From: Planctomycetota bacterium
Lineage (GTDB): Bacteria; Planctomycetota; B15-G4; JADJEK01
Reading direction: 5' to 3'
Assembly (NCBI GenBank): GCA_016213895.1
Contig: JACQZJ010000099.1
Span: 12,481-76,480, forward strand
DNA length: 64,000 bases
Under the pieces are notes generated by a model. It saw only the letters and a program-made list of their open reading frames with translations. It did no database searches and had not been told where the DNA came from. Numbering within the stretch: the stretch's first letter is position 1; the number at the start of each line of letters is the position of its first letter. Of this stretch, positions 30,241-40,047 are shown piece by piece. The position numbers and the translations under genes are program-made.

Positions 30241-30317
30241 GCCGGGCGCGGATGAGCGACGGCAGGAGCCTGCTCCCGCCCTTCGCCCCGGGCCGTGCGC
30301 GGTGTAGCCTCGTTCCC

Positions 30318-31475
30318 ATGTGGACCGCCGGCATCCTGCTCTCGTTCCTGCTCGCGCCGCAGCAGCCTGCCGCGGACGCTTCCTGGCTGAGCGCCTCCGC
30401 CCGCGGCGGCCAGCACGTGCTGCTCGCCGCCAGGATCGACTTCCCGAAGTCGCTGGCGTTCACGCCCGGCCTGAAGGCCAGGCAGGTCTGCGTCGTGCTG
30501 CGCAACGACGGCGAGGATTCCGCGGTCGCGCTGCGCGCCATCGCCTGGGCCGGCCTGCCGGGCGAGGTGAACTGGCACGTGCGCATCGGCGGCGCGACGC
30601 GCGAGGACAAGGGCCGCACCGTGGTCTACGATCCCATGGTCCAGTCGCTGACCGACCTGGCGTTCGAGCGCGGCCTCCTCCTGCCCGGCGAGGAACTGCG
30701 CGTCCCGCTGCCGCTCAACGTGCAGCCGCGTCCCGCGCACGAACTCCGCGTGTCTTACGCGGTGGTCGGCGACGAGATCCGCCTGTGGCGGGACATGGTC
30801 CTGCTGCCAGTGGGGGAGGACCCGCTGTTGCAGGTGTTCGCGCCGGCTAGCGCGGAGAGCCTCGCGCGGCGCATGGGCGAGGGCGGCGGCCTGGCGCTGG
30901 TGCGCTCGACCATGAAGGAAGGCTGGCTCGTGCTCGAGGGGGAGGTCGGCTTCACCGTGGCGCTGCCGCGCGCGCCCGCGGGAGAGGCCGAGGAAACCGG
31001 AGGCTTGAGCGCGGACGACGCCTGGCGGCGCGCCGGCCTCGCGCCTGGCGAGGACGCGCTCATCTACTACGAGCCGCTGCTGCGGGCGTGGTTTCTGATT
31101 CGCTGCGCGAACGGACGCGCGGTCGCTTTGGCGAAGAAGGAGGGGGAATGGGAACCGGTGTCCTTGAACGGGCGCTGGGACGCGGCCGCGCCGGCCGGCT
31201 TCAACAGCGCGGGCGATGGCGGGACCAACGCCCTGCTCGACGCGGAGGCGTTCGGCGACCTCGCCGAGGTCAATCTCCCGAGCACGGGCTTGTACTACGA
31301 CCCCGGGGCCACGCGCCTCGAGCCGGACGCGCTGTGGGAGGTGCTGCGTCGCGCCTCGGAGCGTGCGCTCGACGTGCGCCTCGTCGCGATCGACGCGAAC
31401 GGTTTCGGCGTCGAGCGCTTGCTTGCTATCGGGGTGGATGTGGACGCGCGCGGAAGGCGGCGGGCGGAGAAGTAG
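30318..31475 (+). CDS. Hypothetical secreted protein
   Basis: Signal peptide MWTAGILLSFLLA; GC3-biased frame; no family recognised. Confidence 0.65.
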   Translation: MWTAGILLSFLLAPQQPAADASWLSASARGGQHVLLAARIDFPKSLAFTPGLKARQVCVVLRNDGEDSAVALRAIAWAGLPGEVNWHVRIGGATREDKGRTVVYDPMVQSLTDLAFERGLLLPGEELRVPLPLNVQPRPAHELRVSYAVVGDEIRLWRDMVLLPVGEDPLLQVFAPASAESLARRMGEGGGLALVRSTMKEGWLVLEGEVGFTVALPRAPAGEAEETGGLSADDAWRRAGLAPGEDALIYYEPLLRAWFLIRCANGRAVALAKKEGEWEPVSLNGRWDAAAPAGFNSAGDGGTNALLDAEAFGDLAEVNLPSTGLYYDPGATRLEPDALWEVLRRASERALDVRLVAIDANGFGVERLLAIGVDVDARGRRRAEK

Positions 31476-31488
31476 CGCGCCACGCGCC

Positions 31489-31743
31489 TCAGGAGCGCGC
31501 CGCGCGCGCGATGAACCAGTGGAGCGCGCCCGCTGCCGCGATCGCCGCGGCGGCCGCGAGGACGAACGAGGAAGTGGTCTCGTAGGCGACGGCCAAGACG
31601 AAGAGGGCCGCGAGGCCGGCGGTGCGCAGGCCCTCGGCGCGCGCAAACAGCGATCGCTCCCGAGCGGAGCCGGCCTGCGTGTCGGCGGTCCCGCGCGCGA
31701 GCTGGTCGAGAAGAACGGAGCAGTCTTCACGCGGCGCTCTCAT
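31489..31743 (-). CDS. Small hypothetical membrane protein
   Basis: Two hydrophobic segments at the C-terminus. Confidence 0.45.
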   Translation of the reverse strand: MRAPREDCSVLLDQLARGTADTQAGSARERSLFARAEGLRTAGLAALFVLAVAYETTSSFVLAAAAAIAAAGALHWFIARAARS

Positions 31744-31748
31744 GGAAC

Positions 31749-32489
31749 GTGATCCTCGCGGCAAGCGAACGGTGCGTTCGCCATGGGACGGACGGAAACC
31801 GGCCTTCTTCCCAGGAAAACGCGCGGGCCGCGTGTGATTTGCGCCTGGTCTTTCCCGTGAAGGAGATCATCCTCGCGACGATGACCGTCCACTACCCGGC
31901 CGGAATGGAGCCCTTCCGAGCCGTCGCACACCTCCGTGCCAGGTGGGGCGATGTCGTGGAAATCGACATCAAGCCCGGGGCGAGGGCAAAGGACGGCAAG
32001 GCGGTCCCGCCAGCTCCGCTGTCGCGCACCAAGCAGCTCTACTGCGCTTCGGGCCCCCACGAGGCTCTCGTCCACCCCGACCCGCTCTTCGTCAGCGAGC
32101 CGCTCGTGTGGTACGCGGGAGGCCGCGCCGACATCACGGCGGACAATCCGGCCGTCACGCTTGTCCTGATGGAGGGATCCGCGATCCGGGGGACGGGGCC
32201 CCGCCCCGGCGGCCTCGGGTTCGGCATCAGCGGCTGGAGCGACGCGCGGGGCCGCCTGCTGGACCTCTATCTGGTCAGGGCGGATGCCGCGGGGACCTTC
32301 GTGGTTCCGGGCGTGCCTCCCGGTAGGACGCTCCTGTCGAACCTGTACTTTCCCATCCGGTCGGGCGCAGGGCGAAGTCGTCTCGGTGGCGCTCTCCCGC
32401 TGACGCGTCACGGCGGCGGCCAAGGTCCATGTTGTTGCAGCGCCGGCGAGGGAGTCGACGGCCGGCTGCGTGGCCGAGGGAGCCCATGA
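31749..32489 (+). CDS. Hypothetical protein or fragment, carboxypeptidase-regulatory-like beta-sandwich
   Basis: RADAAGTFVVPGVPPG resembles CarboxypepD_reg repeats; ends are uncertain. Confidence 0.35.
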   Translation: MILAASERCVRHGTDGNRPSSQENARAACDLRLVFPVKEIILATMTVHYPAGMEPFRAVAHLRARWGDVVEIDIKPGARAKDGKAVPPAPLSRTKQLYCASGPHEALVHPDPLFVSEPLVWYAGGRADITADNPAVTLVLMEGSAIRGTGPRPGGLGFGISGWSDARGRLLDLYLVRADAAGTFVVPGVPPGRTLLSNLYFPIRSGAGRSRLGGALPLTRHGGGQGPCCCSAGEGVDGRLRGRGSP

Positions 32490-32571
32490 GCCGCGGTAGG
32501 ATTGCGGCGCCGGTGCGGTCCGCGGCGGCGGCCGGCCGCTCGGACCGCGCTGCGAGAGGCGCGGTGACGAC

Positions 32572-33222
32572 ATGAGATGGTCCGGCGTGGTCCTTGGCGT
32601 GACGCTCCTCGTCTGCCTGTGGGCGGCGTGGGAGCTGCTCCGGGATCGCGGCTCCGGCAGCGACGTTCCGGAGCGGCTCGAGCCGGCGCCGGAACCGGTG
32701 AAGGCCGCGCCGGCCGCGGACGCCGCATCCGCGGGCGACCGCTTTGCGCCCGAGGCGGCCCCGCGCGCGCGGTCGCCGCGGCCGCGGCCTCGCGCGCCAG
32801 CCGCCGCTCCATCCGAGATCGTGACCGCGGAGACGCCGCGGAGGCCCGATGCGGACTCCTTCATGGACGTGCTCAGCCCGGCGGTGCGCCAGCTCGTCGA
32901 GCAGGCGGAGGAGGAGGAACGCGTGCGGCGCTTCATCGAGCTTCTCGATTACATGCCCGAGCGCGAGGCGCTCGATCGGATCGCCGTAGTGCTCATCGAG
33001 TCGAGGCAGCGGCACGTCGCCCGCATGGAGGCGTTCGCCCGTGAGTCGTGGAAGCGCGATGACGAGGCGGCGCGCCAGGAGCGCGGCGCGCGCCGGAGGA
33101 AGTTGGATGAGGAGTGCCGCAGCGAGCAGCGCGAAGCGTTGCGTCCCTTCATCCGACCGGATGTCTTCGAGGAGGTCATGCAGCAGTGGAGCGAGGCCTC
33201 GCTCGAAGACGACGGCGGTTGA
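32572..33222 (+). CDS. Hypothetical membrane-anchored protein
   Basis: N-terminal TM helix, Pro/Ala linker and helical C-terminus. Confidence 0.6.
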   Translation: MRWSGVVLGVTLLVCLWAAWELLRDRGSGSDVPERLEPAPEPVKAAPAADAASAGDRFAPEAAPRARSPRPRPRAPAAAPSEIVTAETPRRPDADSFMDVLSPAVRQLVEQAEEEERVRRFIELLDYMPEREALDRIAVVLIESRQRHVARMEAFARESWKRDDEAARQERGARRRKLDEECRSEQREALRPFIRPDVFEEVMQQWSEASLEDDGG

Positions 33223-33318
33223 TGGGCGAGCGCGTACTGCCGCTTCCCTGTAACCCCGTTCCCTGCGCTTCGTCCCTCGTGCCGGCGGCGAGACCCTGCC
33301 GCCCGGAGCGGCTCACAC

Positions 33319-34344
33319 TTGGGAAGACGCCGGGGCAAGCCCCATGACCGCCTGCTGCGCGCGGTGCTGCGCAGTCCCGCTGATGCGCGCGCGGTGCTCA
33401 GGGAGTTCTTGCCCGCGAAAGTCCGCGACCTGTGCAGCTTCGATTCCCTGCGACGCGAGCCCGGCAGCTTCGTGGACGAGAGGCTGCGGGCGCGCTTCTC
33501 GGATGCCCTGTTCAGCGTGCGCGCGCGCGACGAGGATCTTCTCGTCTACGTGCTGCTGGAGCACGTGCGCGTGGCGCCACGGCGGCTGCCCTTCTTCGTG
33601 CTGCGCTACGTGACGCGGATCCTGGAGCAGCACGCCGAGGAGCATCCGCACGACGACGCGCTGCCGCGCGTGGTGGGGCTCGTGGTCCATCAGGGGGACG
33701 CTCCATACCGCGGGGCACTCCGCATGGCCGACCTCTATCCCTCGGGTGCGGGCAGCTCCCTCGCGCGTTTCACGCCGGAGTTCGACTTCGTCCTCGTCGA
33801 TCTAGCCCTGATTCCGGATGAGGCGTTGCTCGGCTTGCACGTCCTGGGGGCGGCCTTCGCCGCGGCGGCGCTGCTTCTGATGAAGCACGTGGGAGATCCG
33901 GAGCTCTCGCGGCGCCTGGAGGCTTGGATGGGCGTGCTGCGCGCGGCGGCCGGAGGCTCGCGGCGCGCGGCGCTGATGCGTCTGCTATCCTATGTGGTCG
34001 CCGCGGCCCAAGACGAAGCCGCGCCGCGGGCGCTGTTGGTTGCCGCGCCGGAGGCCGAGGAGGTGTACATGACCCTTGCGAAACGCTGGCTGCAAGAAGG
34101 CCGCACCGAAGGCCGTGCCGAGGGCCGCACCGAAGGCCGTGCCGAGGGCCGCACCGAGGGCCGCACCGAGGGGGAGCGTCTGGCCCAGCGCCGCGCGCTC
34201 GCACGCCTGCTCGAGTCGCGGTTCGGTCCGCTGGACGCCGCGGTTCGCGCCCAACTGGACGCGGCCGAGACCAGGACGCTTGAGGCGTGGTTCGACCGGG
34301 CCCTGGCCGCGAGATCCCTCGAGGAGATCCTCGCTTCCCCGTGA
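33319..34344 (+). CDS. Rpn/YhgA-like recombination-promoting nuclease (Transposase_31 family)
   Basis: PHDRLLR, GSFVDERLR..SDALF, VYVLLEH, MTLAKRW, EGRxEG repeats and RFG...LEAW tail. Confidence 0.88.
   Translation: MGRRRGKPHDRLLRAVLRSPADARAVLREFLPAKVRDLCSFDSLRREPGSFVDERLRARFSDALFSVRARDEDLLVYVLLEHVRVAPRRLPFFVLRYVTRILEQHAEEHPHDDALPRVVGLVVHQGDAPYRGALRMADLYPSGAGSSLARFTPEFDFVLVDLALIPDEALLGLHVLGAAFAAAALLLMKHVGDPELSRRLEAWMGVLRAAAGGSRRAALMRLLSYVVAAAQDEAAPRALLVAAPEAEEVYMTLAKRWLQEGRTEGRAEGRTEGRAEGRTEGRTEGERLAQRRALARLLESRFGPLDAAVRAQLDAAETRTLEAWFDRALAARSLEEILASP
34069..34344 (+). CDS. Putative intragenic small Rpn C-terminal protein (Rpn-S)
   Basis: In-frame ATG preceded by a GAGGAGGT Shine-Dalgarno inside rpn. 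Confidence 0.6.
   Translation: MTLAKRWLQEGRTEGRAEGRTEGRAEGRTEGRTEGERLAQRRALARLLESRFGPLDAAVRAQLDAAETRTLEAWFDRALAARSLEEILASP
34096..34167 (+). repeat. 12-bp tandem repeat x6 encoding EGR(T/A)
   Basis: ga(a/g)ggccg(cacc/tgcc) repeated six times. Confidence 0.9.
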
Positions 34345-34349
34345 GGCGC

Positions 34350-35267
34350 TCAGCCCTCCTTGCGCAGGGCCGCGAGCCCGCGCAGGTCGCGCCAGGAGCG
34401 CTCGATCGACGCGCGCACGTCCTCGGCGCGGACCTTGCTTTTCTGGAAGCGGCCCTGCTTGGCGAAGTACTGCTCCAGCGCCTCGAGCGACATCTCCGGC
34501 TCGACGTTGATCACCATCCTGTGGCCGCCGAACACCTCGTACACCGGATAGAGCCCTGACCTCACCGCGAGGCGGACCAGCTCGATGCCCTCGGCCGCCT
34601 CCGCCTTCCACCCCGTGGGGCAGGGGGAGAGCACGTGCAGGAAGCGGAAGCCCGTGCTTCCCAGGGCGTAGTGCATCTTCCTGAGCGCGTCCTCGGGGTG
34701 CGCGAGCGAGACCGAGGCCGCGTACGGCACTCGATGCGCGGCCATGATGCCCAGGATGTCCTTCTTCAGGATGTCCTTGCCGTAGGGCGTGGTGCTCGTT
34801 GAGGCGCCGAATGGGGTGGCCGACGAGCGCTGGCCGCCGGTGTTGCCGTAGATCTCGTTGTCATAGCACAGGTAGAGGATGTCCTCGTTGCGCTCGGCCG
34901 CCGCCGAGACCGTCGCCATGCCGATGTCATAGGTGCCGCCGTCGCCGGCGAACGCGATGACGCGCGTCTTCTCGCCGTTCATGTGCGCCACCTGCGCCAG
35001 GCCGCTGGCGACCGCCGCGGCCGACCCGAACGTGGAGGCCACGACCGGCGCGCCATAGGCGGAAAAGGGGTACTGCCCGGGCGCGACGATGGCGCAGCAC
35101 GCGGGGATAACGAGCTGGACCGGGTGCTGCCGCGCCGCGGCGTGCGTGAGCATGCGCAGGGTGATCGACATGCCGCAGCCGCCGCAGTTGGTGTTCCCTG
35201 GACGCAGGATCTGCTCGGGACGATCGCTCTCCGTCTTCATCGCGCCGCCGAGAAGGGGCTTGGCCAT
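34350..35267 (-). CDS. porB: 2-oxoacid:ferredoxin oxidoreductase beta subunit
   Basis: CGGCG, GDGG..DNEIYGNTGGQ (TPP binding) and SPCPTGW motifs. Confidence 0.88.
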   Translation of the reverse strand: MAKPLLGGAMKTESDRPEQILRPGNTNCGGCGMSITLRMLTHAAARQHPVQLVIPACCAIVAPGQYPFSAYGAPVVASTFGSAAAVASGLAQVAHMNGEKTRVIAFAGDGGTYDIGMATVSAAAERNEDILYLCYDNEIYGNTGGQRSSATPFGASTSTTPYGKDILKKDILGIMAAHRVPYAASVSLAHPEDALRKMHYALGSTGFRFLHVLSPCPTGWKAEAAEGIELVRLAVRSGLYPVYEVFGGHRMVINVEPEMSLEALEQYFAKQGRFQKSKVRAEDVRASIERSWRDLRGLAALRKEG

Positions 35268-36427
35268 CACGCGACCTCCATGATCATGGGCTCCGCGGCC
35301 TCTTCCCGTCCCAGAATGTCGTCAATGACCCCGGTGATGTGGCGTGGGCGGATGTCCCCGCCGCCGAGGCCAAGCATGTAGTTCTGGACGACCGCGTCCC
35401 GCGGCGTGACGCCGCGCGTCTCCGACCAGAGCACGCCGCCGTGCCCGAGGCTGATGTCGCGGTCGAGGATCGCAACGCGCGCGCAGCGGGCCAGGGCCTC
35501 CTTCAGCTCGCGTTCCGGGAAGGGGCGATACATGCGCACGCGCAGGCCGCCGGCCTTGACGCCGCGCGCGCGCGCGGCGTCTACGGCCGTCCGCACCGTG
35601 GCGGCGGTGGTGCCCATGGAGACGAGCGCGACTTCCGCGTCCTCCATGCGATAGGGCACGATGCGGTCGGCGGGGCGGCGGCCGAAGACGCGCTGGAACT
35701 CATCCTGGCACTCGCTGTAGACCTGCACCGCGCGCGCGATCGCCTCGGCGTGCTGCCGGCGGTGCACTTCCGTCCCGTGGGGGAAGTCGAGCCCGCCGAT
35801 CGTCACCGGCCGCTCCAGCACGCGATGCGGGAGATCGAGGACGGGCAGGAAGCGATCGACCAGCTCCTGGGCGGGCACGTCGATCTGCATCATCGTGTGC
35901 GAGAGCACGAAGGCGTCCTGGCAAACCAGGACCGGCAGCAGCACGCGCCTGTCCTCGCCGAGTCGGTAGCCGATGAGCACGCTGTCGAAGACCTCCTGGT
36001 TGTCCTCGCAGTAGAGCTGGATCCAGCCCGTGTCGCGCAGGAGCAGCGTGTCGCCGTGATCGACCCAGATGTTCCAGGGCGGGCCGAGGGTGCGGTTCAC
36101 CGCCATCATCACGATCGGCAGGCGATAGAAGGCCGCGGCGTAGACGTTTTCGGTCATGTAGGCCAGACCGTTCGACGACGAGGCGGTGAAGGTGCGCGCG
36201 CCGCCCACGGCCAGGCCGATGCACACGCCCATGGCGCTGTGCTCGCTCTCCACGCGCGTGACCTCGCCCTTCTCGAACTCCTGGCGGCAGAGCAGTTCAA
36301 TGCACTCGCTCTGCGGCGTGATCGGGTAGACCCCGCCGCCGAAGCCGCGTCCGGTGCGGTTGGCGCGGCCGGCGAGCGTGGCCGCCATGGCCGCGGCGTG
36401 GTTCGCGCTGAGCAGCTCGATCGTCAT
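35267..36427 (-). CDS. porA: 2-oxoacid:ferredoxin oxidoreductase alpha subunit
   Basis: YPITPQ, VESEHSAM, TASSSNGL, NRT and LSHT motifs. Confidence 0.88.
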   Translation of the reverse strand: MTIELLSANHAAAMAATLAGRANRTGRGFGGGVYPITPQSECIELLCRQEFEKGEVTRVESEHSAMGVCIGLAVGGARTFTASSSNGLAYMTENVYAAAFYRLPIVMMAVNRTLGPPWNIWVDHGDTLLLRDTGWIQLYCEDNQEVFDSVLIGYRLGEDRRVLLPVLVCQDAFVLSHTMMQIDVPAQELVDRFLPVLDLPHRVLERPVTIGGLDFPHGTEVHRRQHAEAIARAVQVYSECQDEFQRVFGRRPADRIVPYRMEDAEVALVSMGTTAATVRTAVDAARARGVKAGGLRVRMYRPFPERELKEALARCARVAILDRDISLGHGGVLWSETRGVTPRDAVVQNYMLGLGGGDIRPRHITGVIDDILGREEAAEPMIMEVA

Positions 36428-38628
36428 AGCTCTCTCATCTCCATGGCGCCGCGCGGGCACTCCTCGACGCAGAGCCCGCATCCCTTGCAGTAGCTGAAGT
36501 TGGCGGCGTAGCCCTTCGGCGTGCGGCGGATGATGCCCTCCGGGCAGTACACCAGGCAGGTGTCGCACTTCGAGCAGTGCCCGCAGGAAAAGCAGCGTTT
36601 CGCCTCGCCGGCGTCGGCGAGCCCCTTGTTGACCTCGACCAGGCTCGAGACGCGGCTCGCCGTGGGCTCCACCGCTTCTTCCGCGGACGGGATGCGCTCG
36701 AAGCACTCGAGGCGGATCTCGGAGACGTTGAGAGCGGCGTTTTTGTCCGGACGCGCGAAGACCTCGGCGCGCGCGCCGAGGGACTGCAGCGCCAGTCCGG
36801 CGCTGCGCCGGCCGCTGCCAATCGCGGCCGAGACCGTGCCCTCGCCGGTGGCCAGGTCGCCGGCAACGAAGACGCGGCCCGGTTGGCCGTCCACCAGCAC
36901 GCGCTCGCCGTCCAGCCGCCAGTGGTCCGGCAGGAACGACGCGTCTCCGGACTGCCCGAGCGCGAGGATCACCTGGTCGCAATCGATGCGCGCGCGCCTC
37001 TCGGTGAGGACCGGCTGGCGCCGGCCGCTCGTGTCGAGCGCGCCCATCTCCACCTCGGCGAACTCGATGCCGTCCACGCGCTTCTTGCCGTGGAAGGCGA
37101 CCGGCTGGATCTGGAAGCGGAACTCCACGCCCTCCTCGCGCGCATCATCGATCTCCTGCCGCGAGGCCGGTATCTCCTGCTCCGTGCGCCGGTAGGCCAC
37201 TGTCACGCGCTCCGCTCCGGCGCGCAGCGCGTTGCGGGCGCAGTCCATGGCGGTGAAGCCGCCGCCCAGCACGATGACGACGTGGCCGGACAGGCGGACC
37301 CTCTCGCCGGAGTTGATGCGCTTCAGGAAGTCGACGCCCTGATGCACGCCTTCGAGGGCGGCTCCCTCCACCTTCAACCCGAACACGGCGCGATGTCCGG
37401 CGGCCAGGATGAGGGCGTCGAACTCGCTGGCGAGCGCGGCCAGGCGGTCCTTGCTGAAGAACTCCCCGGTGCGCGCCTCGACTCCCAGGGCGAGGATGCG
37501 GCTGATCTCGCGGTCGAGGACCTCGGGCGGCAGGCGGTAGGCGGGGATGCCCGTGCGCAGGATGCCGCCGAGCTGCTTCTCGCCCTCGAAGAGCGTCGCC
37601 CTGTGCCCTTGAAGGGCGAGCGTGTAGGCGGCGCTCAGTCCGGCCGGACCGCTGCCGATCACGGCCACGCGGAACGGCTTCTCGCAGGCCGCTGGCTTCA
37701 CCTCGGCCTTGCCGTGATCGGCGATCCAGCGCTCGAGCAGGCGGATGCGCACCGTGCCGTCGTACTCGCCGCGGTTGCACCCCTGCTCGCACGGCGCCGG
37801 ACAGACGCGCCCGCAGACGCCCGGCAGCGGCGTGGTCTGGGCCAGCAGCCGGGCCGCGGCGTCCGCGCCGTCGCGCTCGAGCGCCTGAATGAAACCGACG
37901 ACGTCGTTGCCCGCCGGACACCACGCGTTGCACGGGGCGAGCTTTTCGACGTAGATGGGCCGCTGCGCGCTCCACGAACCGGTCTTCAGGCCCGAGGGAG
38001 GGCTCTCTCGGTGATCGGGGAGCGGTTCGACCTCGACCGCCGCCGCAGGCGCGGGCGCTGGCTTGGCCGCGCTGCCGGCTTCCTTCAGCGGGGCGCGCTG
38101 CGAGACCGCCTCATACGCCTCCCGCGCGGCCGGGAAGTTGTTGCTCAGGCCGAGGGCGGCGTAGGTCTCCTCGAGGAGATCGAGCGAGACGCCCATCAAG
38201 CGGGCGTAGGCACCGGCGATGCTGGTGTTGACGATGACGACCGAACGGCTGCCGATCTTGTGGCGCCTGGAGATCTCGGTCGCGTCCACGGTGGCGAGGC
38301 GGTACTCGTCGAACTGGCCGGCGAAGGCCTCGACCGGCTTGGGAGAGTTGAGCAGCAAGAGCCCGCCCGGGCGCAGCCCGGACACGATGTCCCCGGCGAG
38401 CAGCGACGGATCGAGGACGACCAGCTCGTCCGGGTTGTAGACCTTGTTCCGGTTCGTGATGGGGCTGTCGCTGACCCGCGTGTAGGCCCGCACCGGCGCT
38501 CCCGCGCGCTCGCCGGCGTAGTCGCCGAACGTCTGCACGCTCTTGCCGAGTCTGGCGTAGACGGAAGCCAGGATCTTGGCGCAGGTGACTCCGCCCTGGC
38601 CGCCACGACCGTGGATGCGAAGCTCCAT
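36424..38628 (-). CDS. Fusion of POR gamma subunit, GltD/DsrL-like FAD-NAD(P)H oxidoreductase and 2x[4Fe-4S] ferredoxin
   Basis: MELRIHGRGGQG (gamma); PCNAWCP, CGRVCPAPCEQGCNR, IGSGPAGL, GGGFTAMD, YRRT; CFSCGHCSKCDTC..CP and YCKGCGLCVEECP. Confidence 0.88.
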   Translation of the reverse strand: MELRIHGRGGQGGVTCAKILASVYARLGKSVQTFGDYAGERAGAPVRAYTRVSDSPITNRNKVYNPDELVVLDPSLLAGDIVSGLRPGGLLLLNSPKPVEAFAGQFDEYRLATVDATEISRRHKIGSRSVVIVNTSIAGAYARLMGVSLDLLEETYAALGLSNNFPAAREAYEAVSQRAPLKEAGSAAKPAPAPAAAVEVEPLPDHRESPPSGLKTGSWSAQRPIYVEKLAPCNAWCPAGNDVVGFIQALERDGADAAARLLAQTTPLPGVCGRVCPAPCEQGCNRGEYDGTVRIRLLERWIADHGKAEVKPAACEKPFRVAVIGSGPAGLSAAYTLALQGHRATLFEGEKQLGGILRTGIPAYRLPPEVLDREISRILALGVEARTGEFFSKDRLAALASEFDALILAAGHRAVFGLKVEGAALEGVHQGVDFLKRINSGERVRLSGHVVIVLGGGFTAMDCARNALRAGAERVTVAYRRTEQEIPASRQEIDDAREEGVEFRFQIQPVAFHGKKRVDGIEFAEVEMGALDTSGRRQPVLTERRARIDCDQVILALGQSGDASFLPDHWRLDGERVLVDGQPGRVFVAGDLATGEGTVSAAIGSGRRSAGLALQSLGARAEVFARPDKNAALNVSEIRLECFERIPSAEEAVEPTASRVSSLVEVNKGLADAGEAKRCFSCGHCSKCDTCLVYCPEGIIRRTPKGYAANFSYCKGCGLCVEECPRGAMEMREL

Positions 38629-38925
38629 GGTCCTGTCGGCTTCAGGTTCTCTGCTGTCAGGGGGCATGCAGCATCTCCGGATGGTCTGGCGATGTGGCGT
38701 GAAGAGGTGAATCGCCGATTCTACACGCAGCGTCCGCGGGCGCGACCGAAACTCACCGATCATCCGCGCCGAATCGGCGTGCTGGCGCCATCGCGGAACA
38801 CCCGGAACATCCGCCCGCTTCACGAGTTGGCAACAGGCGCGCTGGAGGCCTCCCGGCGCTGCCGCAGCGGCCGCTGCTCTGGAGCAGCTTGCCGTCCCAT
38901 CCGGCGTTCTTTACATGTTCCTCGC

Positions 38926-40032
38926 ATGCGTCTCCTCAAGTTCGGCAAGAAGTGGGTCCTGTTCTGCGCGGACAACGGCGTCGGAGTGGTCATGTACCGC
39001 CCGCTCGCCCAGAAGCTCGCCCTCGATCCGAGGGTGCGCCAGCTCCACGCCATGCACCTGAAGCGGGTCCGGCTCGTGGACACGTACGAGCGCGAGCACC
39101 CCAAGCAGTTCTTCGCCAAGTACGGGATCCAGAAGGGCATCACGAACTACAAGCTGGCGCGCTTCCTGCCGGTGGACCTCTTCGTCACGCCGAACTTCAG
39201 CGAGAAGCTGCACTGCGAACGCGCGCGGCGCAAAGTGCAGATCTTCCACGGCGTGTCGTTCAAGAACTACTGCATCAAGGACAAGGTGCTGCGCTACGAC
39301 CGGCTGTTCCTGCCTGGCCCGTATCACCGGCGGCGCTTCATCGAGGCCGGGCTGTTCAAGGAGGACGACGAGCGCCTGCTCCTGGTCGGCCTGCCCAAGC
39401 TCGACCGGCTCGTGGACGGCAGCCTCGACCGGCGTGCGATCCTTGAGGAACTGCGTCTCGATCCCGCGCGGCGCACGGTGCTCTACGCGCCGACCGGGGA
39501 CCGCGGGAACTCCCTGTTCCGCCAGGGAGAGGAGATCCTCGCCGCGCTCCTCGAGCTTCCCGTGAACCTGATCGTGAAGCCGCACGATCACGCCGACCGG
39601 GACGAGTGCTGCAGCATCGACTGGCCGGCGCGCCTGCGCGCCACGCGCAGGGAAGGCTTCGCCGCGGTCTTCCACTCCGACGTGGTGCCTCTGCTCTACG
39701 CCGCCGACCTGCTGATCACCGACGCCTCGTCGGTGGCGTTCGAGTACACGCTCCTCGATCGGCCGGTGGTCTTCATCGACGTGCCCGAGATCATCGAGGG
39801 CACGGAAGCGCCGATGATGGACCTCTCCACCTGGGGCCGGAAGGGCGGCGACATCGTGCGCCGGCCCTCCGAGCTGGAGGAGGTCGTGCCGCGCCTGCTG
39901 GAGAACCCGGGCGAGAAGAGCGCGATCCGCCGCGCCATTGCCGCGGATCTCTTCTTCGAGCCCGGGAAGGCCGCGCAGAACGCTGTTTCCGCCCTCTACC
40001 GCGAGCTGGAGCTGGAGCCGCCGCCGGCGTAG
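38926..40032 (+). CDS. CDP-glycerol glycerophosphotransferase (TagB/TagF) family protein
   Basis: QIFHG, GLPKLD, LYAPT, VKPH and LITDASSVAFEY motifs. Confidence 0.85.
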   Translation: MRLLKFGKKWVLFCADNGVGVVMYRPLAQKLALDPRVRQLHAMHLKRVRLVDTYEREHPKQFFAKYGIQKGITNYKLARFLPVDLFVTPNFSEKLHCERARRKVQIFHGVSFKNYCIKDKVLRYDRLFLPGPYHRRRFIEAGLFKEDDERLLLVGLPKLDRLVDGSLDRRAILEELRLDPARRTVLYAPTGDRGNSLFRQGEEILAALLELPVNLIVKPHDHADRDECCSIDWPARLRATRREGFAAVFHSDVVPLLYAADLLITDASSVAFEYTLLDRPVVFIDVPEIIEGTEAPMMDLSTWGRKGGDIVRRPSELEEVVPRLLENPGEKSAIRRAIAADLFFEPGKAAQNAVSALYRELELEPPPA

Positions 40033-40047
40033 CGGCGGCGGCGCGCC

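Noticed and set aside
33319-34344. Rpn gene as an insertion-sequence transposase mobilising the MITEs
   Set aside because: No flanking inverted repeats or target duplication, and this family is not known to act as a DDE transposase.
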